This document shows, in pieces, positions 44,937 through 60,320 of a DNA stretch of 64,000 nt. This DNA is from an uncultured delta proteobacterium (GTDB lineage: Bacteria > Myxococcota > Myxococcia > Myxococcales > Anaeromyxobacteraceae), in the NCBI GenBank assembly GCA_963766715.1, contig CAVYBH010000008.1, positions 608,001 to 672,000 on the forward strand, given 5' to 3'. Position numbers and translations under genes: made by a program. How positions within the stretch are numbered: the first letter of the stretch is position 1; each line of letters opens with the position of its first letter. The notes under the pieces are model-generated. The model was not told where the DNA came from, made no database searches, and saw nothing but the letters and a program-made list of their open reading frames with translations.

Positions 44937-45806
44937 ATGCGACGCTTCCTCTTCCTGCTTCCCCTCGCCGTCCTCGGCCCCTTCGCCCTCACCTCCTGCG
45001 GCAACCCGGCCACCCCGGCCGGCTACGTGGGCTACCTCACCCGCGGCGCCATCGTCGGCAAGGCGAGCTACGTCGGGCTGCAGACCGGCCCCACGAGCTA
45101 CGGCGCCTCCTGGCTCGTGAAGGTGATGAACGTGTCGGTCACGCCCTTCAGCTACGAGGAGGACTTCTCCGGCGACAACGCGGTCCTCACCAAGGACAAG
45201 CTGATGGTCTCCTTCCGGGCGCACACCATCTTCCGCGTCCGGGGCGACCGGGTGAAGGAGTTCATCGAGCAGTACACCACGCTCGGCGAGGGGCCGAACC
45301 AGGTGCAGGTGGCCTTCGGGAACTTCCTGAAGGAGCCGCTCCGCACCGAGATCCGCGAGGCGGTGGCCCACTACGACGCGTTCCCGCTGAACGAGAACAT
45401 CGGCAAGATCAGCAACGAGCTGACCCGGTGGGCGCAGGAGAAGACCAAGGACGGGCCGTTCGAGGTCATGAACGTGGTGGTGGGGAACCTCCAGTACCCG
45501 GCCGTCGTCGCGCAGGCGGTCTCGAACAAGCTCGCCGTCACCCAGGACCTCGAGACCCGCGCCACCCAGGTGGAGATCGCCAGGAAGGACGCCGAGCGGC
45601 GCGTGGTGGAGGCCGAGGGCATCGCCCGGGCCACCCAGATCATCCAGCAGCGGCTCACGCCCCTCTACGTGCAGCACGAGGCCATCGAGGCGCAGAAGGC
45701 CATGGTGGGGAGCCCGAACCACTCGGTCATCTACATCCCGGTCGGCCCCATGGGCGTCCCGATCGTCACCACGACGCCCCCCTCGGCGCCAGCCGCCAAG
45801 CACTGA
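44937..45806 (+). CDS. SPFH/band-7 domain lipoprotein
   Basis: Lipobox LTSC; TPAGYVG; VLTKDKL; AERRVVEAEGIARA coiled-coil tail. Confidence 0.8.
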   Translation: MRRFLFLLPLAVLGPFALTSCGNPATPAGYVGYLTRGAIVGKASYVGLQTGPTSYGASWLVKVMNVSVTPFSYEEDFSGDNAVLTKDKLMVSFRAHTIFRVRGDRVKEFIEQYTTLGEGPNQVQVAFGNFLKEPLRTEIREAVAHYDAFPLNENIGKISNELTRWAQEKTKDGPFEVMNVVVGNLQYPAVVAQAVSNKLAVTQDLETRATQVEIARKDAERRVVEAEGIARATQIIQQRLTPLYVQHEAIEAQKAMVGSPNHSVIYIPVGPMGVPIVTTTPPSAPAAKH

Positions 45807-45871
45807 GCCGGGCCCCGATCCGGGTGGCGTTGCGCCACCCCGGCCCGGCGGGTTAGATCGCGCCCCTCCCC

Positions 45872-47305
<1,434 letters not shown>

Positions 47306-47309
<4 letters not shown>

Positions 47310-47961
47310 CCCTCGAGCACCTCGCGCGGCCCGCCGCGGTCGAGTCCGCCCGGCCGCCCATGGCGCTCCTGCTGCACGGCCTCGGCGCCGACGAGCAGGA
47401 CCTGTTCGGGCTCGCGCCCTGGCTCGACCCGCGGCTGGTCGTCGTGTCGGCCCGGGCGCCCCGCGAGGCCCAGCCCATGGGCTACTCGTGGTTCGACATC
47501 GACTGGTCGGAGTCGCCGCCGCGGATCGACTTCGAGCAGGTGGTGGAGAGCCGCGACGCCATCCTCCACTTCGCCGGGGAGGCCGCCGACGCCTACGGCG
47601 CCGATCCCTCGCGCGTCTGGCTCGTCGGCTTCAGCCAGGGAGCCTCGATGGCCGCCGCGTCGGTGCTGGCGCGCCCCGACCTCTTCCGCGGCGTGGTGGC
47701 GCACTCCGGACGGATCACCCGCCTGTCCGTGCCGGCCAATCCCCCGCCGGGCCTGGCTGGCCTCCCGGTCCTCTGGCAGCACGGCCGGGCCGACCCGGTG
47801 GTCCCGGTGGCCTTCGGCCACGAGGCCCGCGACGTCCTCGACGCACTGGGACTCCGGGTGGAATACCGGGAGTACCCATCGGCCACGAGATCTCCGAGGA
47901 GAGCCTGCGGGACATGGCCGGCTGGCTCTCCGCCCGGATCGACGAGTCCCCGGCGCCCTGA
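47306..47961 (+). CDS. Phospholipase/carboxylesterase (alpha/beta hydrolase), frameshift near 47876
   Basis: [24 protein letters not shown]. Confidence 0.88.
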
Positions 47962-48031
47962 GGGGCACGCCGACCCGCCCGGGCCGGCCCGGCCGGGTCC
48001 CCCCGTTCCGCCCGAACCTCCGGGTTCCGGC

Positions 48032-48055
48032 CATCGTTCCATCCATGGAACGATG
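48032..48055. promoter_or_regulatory. Perfect 11-2-11 inverted repeat, putative operator
   Basis: CATCGTTCCAT-CC-ATGGAACGATG, about 50 bp upstream of ATG 48108. Confidence 0.55.
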
Positions 48056-48107
48056 AGTGTCTTTCCTGCGCCTACCGGTGGTTCGGTGCGATCCCTATCC
48101 TGGTCGC

Positions 48108-48497
48108 ATGAACGAGACGCATGCGACACCCGGTCCGTCCGGCCGCCGCGCCCGCCGGGGGGACGGCTCCGCGCTGGCGAGCTTCCTGTGCCCCGTCTGC
48201 CTCCACGACGCCCTCGTCGAGGACGTCGCCTGCCCGCACCTGCTGCTCGTCCAGGATCGCCACGGGGACGTCTTCTGCCGCGACTGCCGCGTCCGGACGC
48301 TGGCCCGGGACGCGGAGGCCGAGAGCGGCGGGCGCGGGTCGAAGGCCATGGAACGGCTCTGCGAGCGGCTGGGAGGCGGCGTCGTGCTCTACGAGCTGAT
48401 CGAGCCCTTCGCTCCCGGGGTGGGGACGTCGAGCGTGTACTTCGTGGTCGACGCCTCGGACGTCGCCCCGGGCGGCGCGGTGGGCGCCACCGGGTAG
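48108..48497 (+). CDS. Small Cys/His-rich hypothetical protein
   Basis: CPVCLH..CPH..CRDC motifs; GC3-biased codons. Confidence 0.6.
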   Translation: MNETHATPGPSGRRARRGDGSALASFLCPVCLHDALVEDVACPHLLLVQDRHGDVFCRDCRVRTLARDAEAESGGRGSKAMERLCERLGGGVVLYELIEPFAPGVGTSSVYFVVDASDVAPGGAVGATG

Positions 48498-48521
48498 CCG
48501 CCGCCGCTCCCGCGGCGGGGG

Positions 48522-51847
<3,326 letters not shown>

Positions 51848-52013
51848 GGCGGCGCAATCTACAACGCCCCGGACCGGCCGGGGCTTCCCGCCGGATCGCA
51901 CCCCCGCTGGCCGGTTCGGCCACGACGTCGGCGCGTCGGGCAAAGCGCCGCAGGCGGGCCTGCGCCAGACTCCTCCCCGGTGGCGCCACCCCGGCGCCCC
52001 AGGGAGACCGCCG

Positions 52014-53634
52014 ATGAGCGCCGCCACGAGTCCAACCCACGACGCCGACGTCCTCGTCATCGGCTCGGGCATGGGAGGGCTGGCCACCGCCGCCCTGCTG
52101 GCCCGGCTGCACGGCAGGAAGGTGCTGGTGCTCGAGCGCCACTACCGCGCCGGCGGCTTCACGCACACCTTCACCCGCCGCGGCGGGTTCGAGTGGGACG
52201 TGGGCGTCCACTACGTCGGGGAGATGGGCGCCCCGGGCATGATGCGCCACGCGATGCAGGTGGCTACCGGGGGCGAGCTCCACTGGTCGCGCATGCCGGA
52301 GACCTACGATCGGCTGGTCTTCCCGGACTTCGAGTTCGGCATCCGCGCCGGCCGGGAGAACTTCCGATCCGACCTGCACGCGGCCTTCCCGGCGGAGGGG
52401 CGGGCCATCGACCGGTTCTTCACCGACGTGGACCGCGCGGCCTCCTGGGTGAACGTGCTCGTCGATGCGCTCGGCCGCACCCGCCCCGGTGGCGGCGCTG
52501 GCAGGGGCGATCCTGGCGCGCCGGGGCTCGCTCGCGCTGCGCACCACCCGCTCGTGGCTCGACGAGCACGTGCGCGACGAGCGGCTCCGGGCGGTGCTGG
52601 GCGCCCGCTGGGGCGACTACGGGCTCCCGCCCGGGAAGAGCGCCTTCCTGGCGCACTCGGTGATCACGGCCCACTACCACGAGGGCGCGTACTACCCGTC
52701 CGGCACCTCCGCGCGCATCGCCCAGGGGGCGATCCGCGTCATCGAGCGCGCAGGCGGCGCCGTTCGCGTCCGCGCCGAGGTGGAGCGGATCCTCGTCGAG
52801 GGCGGGCGCGCGGTCGGCGTCCGGCTGGCAGGCGGCGAGACCCTGCGCGCGCCGGTGGTCGTCTCCGACGCCGGGGCCCGCGCCACGTTCCTCCGGCTCC
52901 TCGGCGACGACGTGCCCCTCCCCTTCCGCGACGAGCTGCGGGCCACGCCGCGCAGCATGGCCCACGTCTCGCTCTACCTGGGGCTCTCCCGTTCCGCCTC
53001 GTCCCTGGGCGTGAATGGCGAGAACTTCTGGCTCCACGACGAGCTGGACCAGGACCGCATGTGGGAACGGGGCGGCGAGATCCTCGGGGGGCATTCCCCC
53101 CAGACCTACGTCTCCTTCCCGTCGATGAAGGACCCCGAGGCCCGCGCACACACCGCCGAGATCATCGCCGGCGTCGACGCGAGCCATTTCGAGCCCTGGG
53201 CCGGGACGAGGTGGATGAAGCGGGGCGAGGACTACGAGGCCACCAAGGAGCGCATCGCCGACGCGCTGCTCGCGCAGGCCGAACGGCGCCTGCCCGGGCT
53301 CTCGAGGCTGGTGGTGCACCGGGAGCTCTCCACCCCGCTCTCCACCGCCCACTTCACGGGCCACGCGGGCGGGGAGATCTACGGGCTCCCGGCCACGCCG
53401 GATCGGTTCCGCAAGCGCTGGCTGCAGCCCCGCACCCCGGTGAGCGGGCTCTACCTCGCCGGCGCGGATGCGCTCATGCTGGGCATCGGCGGCACCGTGA
53501 TGTCCGGGGTCATGGCCGCCGCGGCCATCGCCGGCCCGTCCACCTTCGGGAGGCTCATCGCCGCCGGGAAGCGGCTCCCGGACCCGACCGTGCCTCTCGC
53601 CACTCCGTCGGCGACGTCCCCTTCCATCGCTTGA
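52014..53634 (+). CDS. FAD-dependent oxidoreductase, phytoene desaturase/retinol saturase family, frameshift near 52462
   Basis: VIGSGMGGL; LERHYRAGGFTHTF; WDVGVHYVG; STPLST; TPVSGLYLAG. Confidence 0.88.
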
Positions 53635-54575
53635 AGGCCCGGTTCCAGGCGGTCTGATCGGAGAAGCCCAGCCGGAAGGCCACGTCGGAGAGCTCCGCCC
53701 TCCCGGAGGAGAGCAGCCGCTCGGCCTCGGCCTCCCGGAAGGCGTCGAGCACGCCGCGCCAGGTCTTGCCGATCTCCTGGAGGCGCCGGTTCAAGGTCCG
53801 CTCGGAGAGGCCGAGGGTCCGGGCGATGGTCGCGGCGTCCACCTTCCCTTCCGGGAGCAGCGTCCGGAGCCGTGCCCGGATCGCCAGCTCCAGATCCTCG
53901 CCCGCCGCGCCCAGGTCGAGCCGGCTGGCGAGCTGCGCGCAGCGTCGCCTGGAGCGCGGGATCGGCGCGCCGCATGGGCGCCGTCCATGCGGCGAGCGGG
54001 ATCTCGAGGCCGGAGACCGAGCATCCGAAGGTGACGGGCGCCCAGCAGCGCCTCGTGGCGCGTCGGCGACCGTGGCAGGGGGCGCGTGAGGCGCACCGAC
54101 GACGGGCGGAAGGGAGCCGCGGCGTCGCCGCGAAAGCGTCCGACGAAGATGGCGAGCGTCATCTCGTCGGAGATCTCCAGCCCCGGGAACGGCTCGGGGT
54201 TCACCAGCCGGACGTCGGCGCCCGTCGGGGTGCGCTCGATCTCGAGGTGGATGTGCGCCACCTGCCGGAAATGGCTCCGGAGCGAGTGGAAGGCGGCCTC
54301 GACGGTGGGGGAGCTGCCCGGCCAGGTAGTCGAGCGCGCCGAAGGCGCCGAAGGGGATGGCCAGCCCGGCCTCGGTGGGGAGCTCCTCGCGAGGCGCCCT
54401 GCGGAAGGCCTCCTGCCACAGCCGGGCGAAGGTCTCTCCTGGGACGAATCCCGTCGGGAGCCGAAAGCTCCGCCTCCCCGATCCCCGCGGCCCGGCGAAG
54501 CGCGTCCGCGTCGAGGCCGACGGCGGTGAGGCCGGCGAGGATCGCGCGTGCGGATGCGGCGGGCACGACCTGCAT
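53555..54575 (-). CDS. AraC family transcriptional regulator, frameshifted
   Basis: C-terminal IARTLGLSERTLNRRL..VAFRLGFSDQTAWNRAFKRWKG.SP. Confidence 0.85.
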
Positions 54576-54577
54576 GG

Positions 54578-56243
54578 CTACGAACCGGGCACGCCGTACT
54601 GCGCCAGGAGCGACGTGAATCGCGGGTCCTTCCGCAGCGGCTCGAACCATCTCGATCCGCGAAGGCTCGGCACGTCCCGGTAGCCGCGCGAGAGCGCCAG
54701 CTCGAGCGCCTTCAGGGCGCTGTCGTTCTCGCCGAGCTGCGCGTACGCCATGGCGGCCCAGGCGGGCGACAGCTGGGTGGTCCGGAAGCCCTTGTCCACC
54801 TGCAGCGCGTCGAGCGCGTCCTTGGGCCGGCCGGAGGCGAGCGCGATCCAGAACTCGCCAGGCCGACCAGGTTCGTGGTGGTCGGGCCCTCCTGCAGGGC
54901 CGCGAGCGCCTTCTTCGCGTCGGCCTCCCGCCCCTGCAGCGCCAGCGCCCGGACGAGGTGGTAGTAGGCCTCCCCGTATCCCGGATTGATCTCGAGCGAC
55001 TTCCGGCAGGCTTGCTCCGCCTCGACGGCGCGCGGAGGCTCGACGTACCCGAGCACCCAGCAGAGCCGGTCCCATGCGAGGTAGCTCCGCGGGTCCTCGC
55101 CGACGACCCGCCTCATCTCGTCCACCGCTCCCACGTAGTCGAAACGGTTCGCCTTCACGCTGGCCAGCATGCTCCGGGCGTGACTCAGTCGCGGATCGAT
55201 GGCGAGGGCCCGCGTCGCCGCCGCCTCTGCGCGCACCAGCCTGGCCGGATCCCCGTCGAAGTTGCGGTTGAGCTGGACCTCGACGTCCGCCATTCCCGCC
55301 AGCGCCGGCGCGAAGCTCGCGTCGATGGCGAGCGCGCGCTCGAAGTGCTCGCGGCCGGCCTCCAGCTTCACGCGATCGTCGAAGTGCTCGGCCTGGGCCA
55401 TGCCCCGGAGGAACTCGTCGTAGGCCGCGGCGTTGCGGGTTCCCCAGCTGGCGAGCGATCTCGACTCCTCGGGCGCCAGGTGCACGCCGAGCGCCTCGAC
55501 GATCCGGGTGGCCACTCGCTCCTGCACCTCGAAGATGTCGTCGAGCGTCGCGTCGAAGTCCTCGGACCAGACCCGGAAGGCGTCGGAGGTCTTCACGAGC
55601 CGCGCGGTGACGCGGATCCGGTCTGCCGGATCGCCGGACGCTTCCCTCGAGGACGTGGGCCACCTGGAGCTCGGCCCCGATCTCCCTGGGCCCGGCGGGG
55701 GACTTCCGGTACCTGGCCACGCTCGACCCGGCCGCGACGGAGAGCCCCTTCAGGCGCGACAGCTTCCCGGTGATCTCCTCGGTCATGCCGTCGGCGAAGT
55801 AGTCCTGCGCCGCATCCCCGGAGAGGTTGGCGAACGGCAGCACGGCGACGGACGGCGTGGCGCCCGACGGGCTGGCCCGCCGCCGGGCGCTGCGAGGCGT
55901 TCCGCCCCAGGAAGTACCAGGCGAGCCCCGGAACGGCCGTGAGCACGCCGAGGCCGAGGAGGAGCACGGCGAGCCTGGCCCGGGTGGGGGTACCGCCGGT
56001 GGGCTCCGTTCGCTCGATGCCGGTGGTGCGCAGGTCGAAGATCCACGCCAGCATCACGGTCACGGGGAATCCGCCGGCCAGCACCAGGATGACGAGGCTC
56101 AGGGTCCACTCGGGCAGGTGGAGCCCGTGCATGAGCGGCTCGTAGACCTGGAGAATGGCGAACGCGAAGATTCCCCAGCCCACGAGCGCGCGAATCACGC
56201 GCCGGCGCTTCAGCTCGGAGATGAAGTCCTGGAGCTTCGCCAC
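54578..56243 (-). CDS. Membrane protein with TolB-N-like and TPR domains, frameshifted
   Basis: ELKRRRV plus 3 TMs; VAVLPFANLS..DYFADGMTEEI; VLEGSVR; DIFEVQE; TPR-like helices. Confidence 0.8.
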
Positions 56244-56295
56244 CCGTCTCCCCCTGTTCGCGCGGGGAGCATAGCACCGGCCGGAGCCCGCCCCG

Positions 56296-57672
56296 TCACG
56301 CCACCGGATCGACCAGCTGAAGCCGCCGCCAGGCCCCGGAGCGCAGGCGCAGGAAGAGAATGAGGGCGAGCAGCCCCAGGTACACCACGAGCCAGGTCAC
56401 CGCGGCGATCTCGCCGCCGCCGAGCCAGCGGACGGTGATCCAGGCGCCGGGCACGAACACCAGCCAGCCGGCGGCCAGCCTCGACCAGAGCACGAAGGCG
56501 GTGTCGCCGGCCGCCCGGAGCGACTCGGCGAAGACGCCGGCGGCCGCGTCGAACACCTGCCAGGCCGCCGAGAACGCCAGCATGCGGGCGCCCACCTCGA
56601 GGAGCCCCGTCTCGGAGGCCGGGTCGCGCGCGAAGGGCGCGAAGAGGAGGCGGGGCGCGACCAGGTAGAGGATCCCGACGAGGCCCTGCCAGGTCCCGGC
56701 GGCGGCGAAGCCGAGCCGGACGAGTCTCGGGACCTCGTCCTTCGCACCGGCCCCGATGGCCTGCCCGACCAGGATGGCGCAGGCGCTCGCCAGCGCGAAG
56801 GCGGGCATGAAGGCCACCGAGTTGAGCTGGAAGACCGCCATGAGGGCGGCGAGCGCGGTCGTCCCCAGCCCCGCCACCACCACGTTCACGAAGAACATGA
56901 AGGCGAGGAACTCGAAGAACCAGTTGAGGCCGGAAGGGATCCCGAAGCGGAGCATGCGGACGAGCTCGGCGCCGCGCAGGCGCGGCCAGCGGGCGCCCGC
57001 CGCGCCTCGCGCGCGGAGGAACACGGCGAGGAGCCCGGCGAAGGCCAGGGTGGTGGAGAGCGTGCTCGCCAGCGCCGCGCCGCGCACGCCCATGGCCGGC
57101 GCACCGAGGTGGCCGTCGATGAGGATCCAGTTGCCCAGGACGTTCAGCGCCATGGCCGCGACGCTGGCCCGCATGGGCAGCCGGGTGTTCCCCAGCCCTC
57201 CATAGTAGTTGGCGAGCGCCTCGATCCCGATGGCGGCCCCTCCCGACCAGAGCCGGATGGCCACGTAGTCGGCGAGCTGCGCCCGGACGTCCGGGGCGAA
57301 GGCGAGCGGCGCGAGCGCCCGATCGAGGAACGGGATGCCCGCCATGCCGACCGCCTGGGTCGCCGCGGCGACGCACAGGCCGTAGAAGGCGTAGCGCCGC
57401 GCGCCCGCCAGGTCGCCGCGCCCGAAGAGCTGGGACGAGAACGAGGACACGATGAAGACCACGCCGAACGGCAGGATGAAGAAGGCGAAGGTGTTCATCG
57501 CGCCCGCCGTGGTGGCGGCGAGCGCGGACTCGCCCAGGTGCGCGACCATCAGGGCGTCGGCGATCCCGACCACGACCTGCGACGAGCGGGAGACGACGAT
57601 GGGCCAGGCGAGCGAGAGCAGGCTCCGGAGGGTGGGCGCCGCGCGCGCCGGGGTGCTCTCGGGTTCCACCAT
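56296..57672 (-). CDS. MATE family efflux transporter
   Basis: LAWPIV; DALMVAHLG; GLGNTRLPM; MGVRGAALAS; LRAAGDT. Confidence 0.92.
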   Translation of the reverse strand: MVEPESTPARAAPTLRSLLSLAWPIVVSRSSQVVVGIADALMVAHLGESALAATTAGAMNTFAFFILPFGVVFIVSSFSSQLFGRGDLAGARRYAFYGLCVAAATQAVGMAGIPFLDRALAPLAFAPDVRAQLADYVAIRLWSGGAAIGIEALANYYGGLGNTRLPMRASVAAMALNVLGNWILIDGHLGAPAMGVRGAALASTLSTTLAFAGLLAVFLRARGAAGARWPRLRGAELVRMLRFGIPSGLNWFFEFLAFMFFVNVVVAGLGTTALAALMAVFQLNSVAFMPAFALASACAILVGQAIGAGAKDEVPRLVRLGFAAAGTWQGLVGILYLVAPRLLFAPFARDPASETGLLEVGARMLAFSAAWQVFDAAAGVFAESLRAAGDTAFVLWSRLAAGWLVFVPGAWITVRWLGGGEIAAVTWLVVYLGLLALILFLRLRSGAWRRLQLVDPVA

Positions 57673-57701
57673 GTCGCCGGTGGTTATACCCTCGACCCGT
57701 C

Positions 57702-58574
57702 ATGGACCCCGCCCCGCCCGATCTCGCCCGCCAGGTCGACCAGGCCCAGTCGATCCTCGATACGCCCGCCGCGGGCCAGGCGCGGCGCCTGGAGCGCGCC
57801 TTCGCGACCACCTGCCGATCGCTCGCGGCGGCCATGGCCCGGCTCCATCCGGCCTCGGGCGCGGGGGCGCTCTCGCTGCCCGCCGGCGTGGCGGTGTTCG
57901 CCGGCGCGGGGAGCCCGCTCACCCAGGCGCTCGCGGTGGGGCTCGCGGGCCCGATGTCCGCCGTCGACCTCGATCGGCTGGAGGGCTTCCTCCGCCCCGA
58001 GGGACGGGGCGCCGCGCAGGTCGAGCTCTGCCCGTTCGCCGATCCCAGCGTGGCGGGCCTGCTCGCGGAGCGGGGGTACCGGATCCAGGAGTGGCAGCTC
58101 ACCTGGACGCGGCCGGTGACGCCCGGGCCACTCCCGCCCGCGCCGCGCGGCGTCGAGGTGAGGCGCGTCCAGCCGGGCGAGGAGGGGCTCTACTTCCACG
58201 CCGTGCTCGCCGGGTTCCTCGAGACCGAGGAGGTGCCGGAGGAGGCGGTCGCGCTCCTGCGCCCGGGCGCCTTCGCCGAGGGGCACGAGGCCTATCTCGC
58301 CTTCGTCGACGGCGAGCCGGCCGGGGGCGCCAGCCTGGGCTGGGCCGACGGCGTCGCCTTCGTGAACGGCAGCGGCGTCCGGCCCGCCTTCCGCCGGAGG
58401 GGCGCGCAGGGGGCGCTCATCCGGGCGAGGCTGGAGCGCGCGCGGGAGCTGGGCTGCGACGTCGCCTGCTCCAGCACGCTGCCGGGCACCGCCTCGCGCC
58501 GGAACATGGAGCGGCACGGCTTCCAGGTGGCCTACCCCAAGCTGGTCCTGCTCTCGAGGCCGCCGGCCGGCTGA
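57702..58574 (+). CDS. GNAT family N-acetyltransferase
   Basis: VRPAFRRRGAQGAL; SRRNMERHGF. Confidence 0.85.
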   Translation: MDPAPPDLARQVDQAQSILDTPAAGQARRLERAFATTCRSLAAAMARLHPASGAGALSLPAGVAVFAGAGSPLTQALAVGLAGPMSAVDLDRLEGFLRPEGRGAAQVELCPFADPSVAGLLAERGYRIQEWQLTWTRPVTPGPLPPAPRGVEVRRVQPGEEGLYFHAVLAGFLETEEVPEEAVALLRPGAFAEGHEAYLAFVDGEPAGGASLGWADGVAFVNGSGVRPAFRRRGAQGALIRARLERARELGCDVACSSTLPGTASRRNMERHGFQVAYPKLVLLSRPPAG

Positions 58575-58586
58575 CCCGCGGCCGGC

Positions 58587-59222
58587 TCACTTCCCGGGCA
58601 TGGCCAGGCGCCGGACCCCGGACGGGAGCGCCAGCTCGAACCGGTCGTCCTTCACCCCCGGGTTCCGCTCGATCGCCTCGAAGGTGATGTCATTGGCGTT
58701 GCCCTGCCCGTCCACGACCACGGTCCGCGTCACCTCGCCGTCGGGCCCGGCGGTCAGCGTCACCGACTCGACGCGCGGGTCGGCCTTGCGCGGACGCATC
58801 ACCAGCGTCCCTCCCTCCCCGGCCGAGAGCAGGAACTCCTTCTCCAGGCTTCCCTTCCCGAGCAGGAAGGTCACGGCCGCGCTCATGGCGGTGGCGTCGA
58901 ACTTGTCGTCCACGTAGGCCTGGTTGGCCTCCGGCTCCCACTGCACGAGGCGCGAGCCGTTCACCACGATGGTCTTCGTCGAGGGCGACTCGTAGTCCCA
59001 GCGCATCTTCCCCGGCTTCTTCACCTCGAGCGTCCCCTTCGACACCGCCCGGCGCCCGATCGAGGCGTAGGTGTAGGTCTGCACGAAGCGGGCTCGCAGG
59101 TCGCGGGTGGTCTCGTAGAACCCCTGGACCTTGCGGGCCAGCGCGGTGGCATCGGCGGCGGGCGGCGTCCCCGACGGGGCGGCGGCGACCAGGAGGGCGA
59201 GCGAGGCGGCGATCGGAAGCAT
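58587..59222 (-). CDS. lolA: Outer-membrane lipoprotein carrier protein LolA
   Basis: ARFVQ; KKPGKMRWDY..P; IVVNG; signal peptide. Confidence 0.88.
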   Translation of the reverse strand: MLPIAASLALLVAAAPSGTPPAADATALARKVQGFYETTRDLRARFVQTYTYASIGRRAVSKGTLEVKKPGKMRWDYESPSTKTIVVNGSRLVQWEPEANQAYVDDKFDATAMSAAVTFLLGKGSLEKEFLLSAGEGGTLVMRPRKADPRVESVTLTAGPDGEVTRTVVVDGQGNANDITFEAIERNPGVKDDRFELALPSGVRRLAMPGK

Positions 59223-59272
59223 GGATCCGTTATACAGGAGGGGCTCCCACGGACGGGTACAGAGGAGAGACG

Positions 59273-59864
59273 ATGGCGACCCTCGAGTTCTTCTACGACT
59301 TCGTCAGCCCCTACTCCTACCTGGCATCGACCCGCGTCGAGGCCGAGGTGGCGAAGGTGGGGGGCAAGGTCCGCTTCCGCCCGTTCCTGCTGGGCGGGGT
59401 GTTCAACGCCACCGGCAACAAGGCGCCCATCGAGAACCCCGCCAAGGGGCGCCCACCTCGCGACCGACCTGGGGCGGTGGGCGGCTCGCCTCGGCGTGCC
59501 GTTCGCCTGGCCCGCGAAGTTCCCGGTCCTCACCGTCCTGCCGCTTCGCGCGGCCTTCGCCGCCGAGAAGGGCGGCCACCTCCTGCCCTACACCCACGCC
59601 ATGTTCCGGGCCTACTGGGCGGAGGGGCGCGACCTCTCCGACGCGGCGGTGGTGGAGGACGTGGCGACCCGGGCCGGGCTCGACGGCGCCGCGCTGGTCG
59701 CCGAGGCGCCGGCCTACAAGGAGGCGCTGAAGGCCCAGACCCAGGAGGCGATCGACCGCGGCTCGTTCGGCGCCCCCACCTTCTTCGTCGGGCAGGAGAT
59801 GTTCATCGGCAACGATCGGCTCGATTTCGCCATCGAGGCGCTGGCGGCGGCCGGGAAGGGCTGA
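59273..59864 (+). CDS. DsbA-family 2-hydroxychromene-2-carboxylate isomerase/kappa GST, frameshift near 59450
   Basis: FFYDFVSPYSYL; RPFLLG; FGAPTFFV..GNDRL. Confidence 0.88.
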
Positions 59865-59925
59865 TCGGCCCGGGCGCCGGACTCGCTTGACCCCGGGGGG
59901 GGTTCGGGCGATCCTCCGCCGCCTC

Positions 59926-60320
59926 ATGCGCAGCCGCCTTTCCCTCACGCTGGCCTTCGGCCTGGCCCTCGCGCTCGGCGCGGCGGGATGCAGCACGCCC
60001 TGCCAGGACCTCGGCGACCGGATCTGCAACTGCGTGCCGGAGGGGCAGATCCGGAACAACTGCAAGACCAACGTGAAGACCCGGGTGAACAACTCGGGCG
60101 CCACGGGTTCCGAGCAGGACTACTGCGACGCGGATCCTCGGCACCTGCCCGGATCCCCAGGGCGACGTGGACAAGTGCGCCTTCATCCTCAACACCTGCC
60201 CCGGCCGCGTCGGCTGCGGGCTGGCGCTGCCCGCCCCGGACAGCCCGGACGGCTGCACCCCCACCGACATCCCGCTGGTCTCGAGCCCCCTCGTCACCAG
60301 CCCGTCGGACGCGCCTCTAG
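59926..60320 (+). CDS. Cys-rich lipoprotein, frameshift near 60131; 3' end uncertain (60320 or 60490)
   Basis: Lipobox AAGC; CQDLGDRICNC..C..C..C..C..C..CGLA. Confidence 0.65.
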
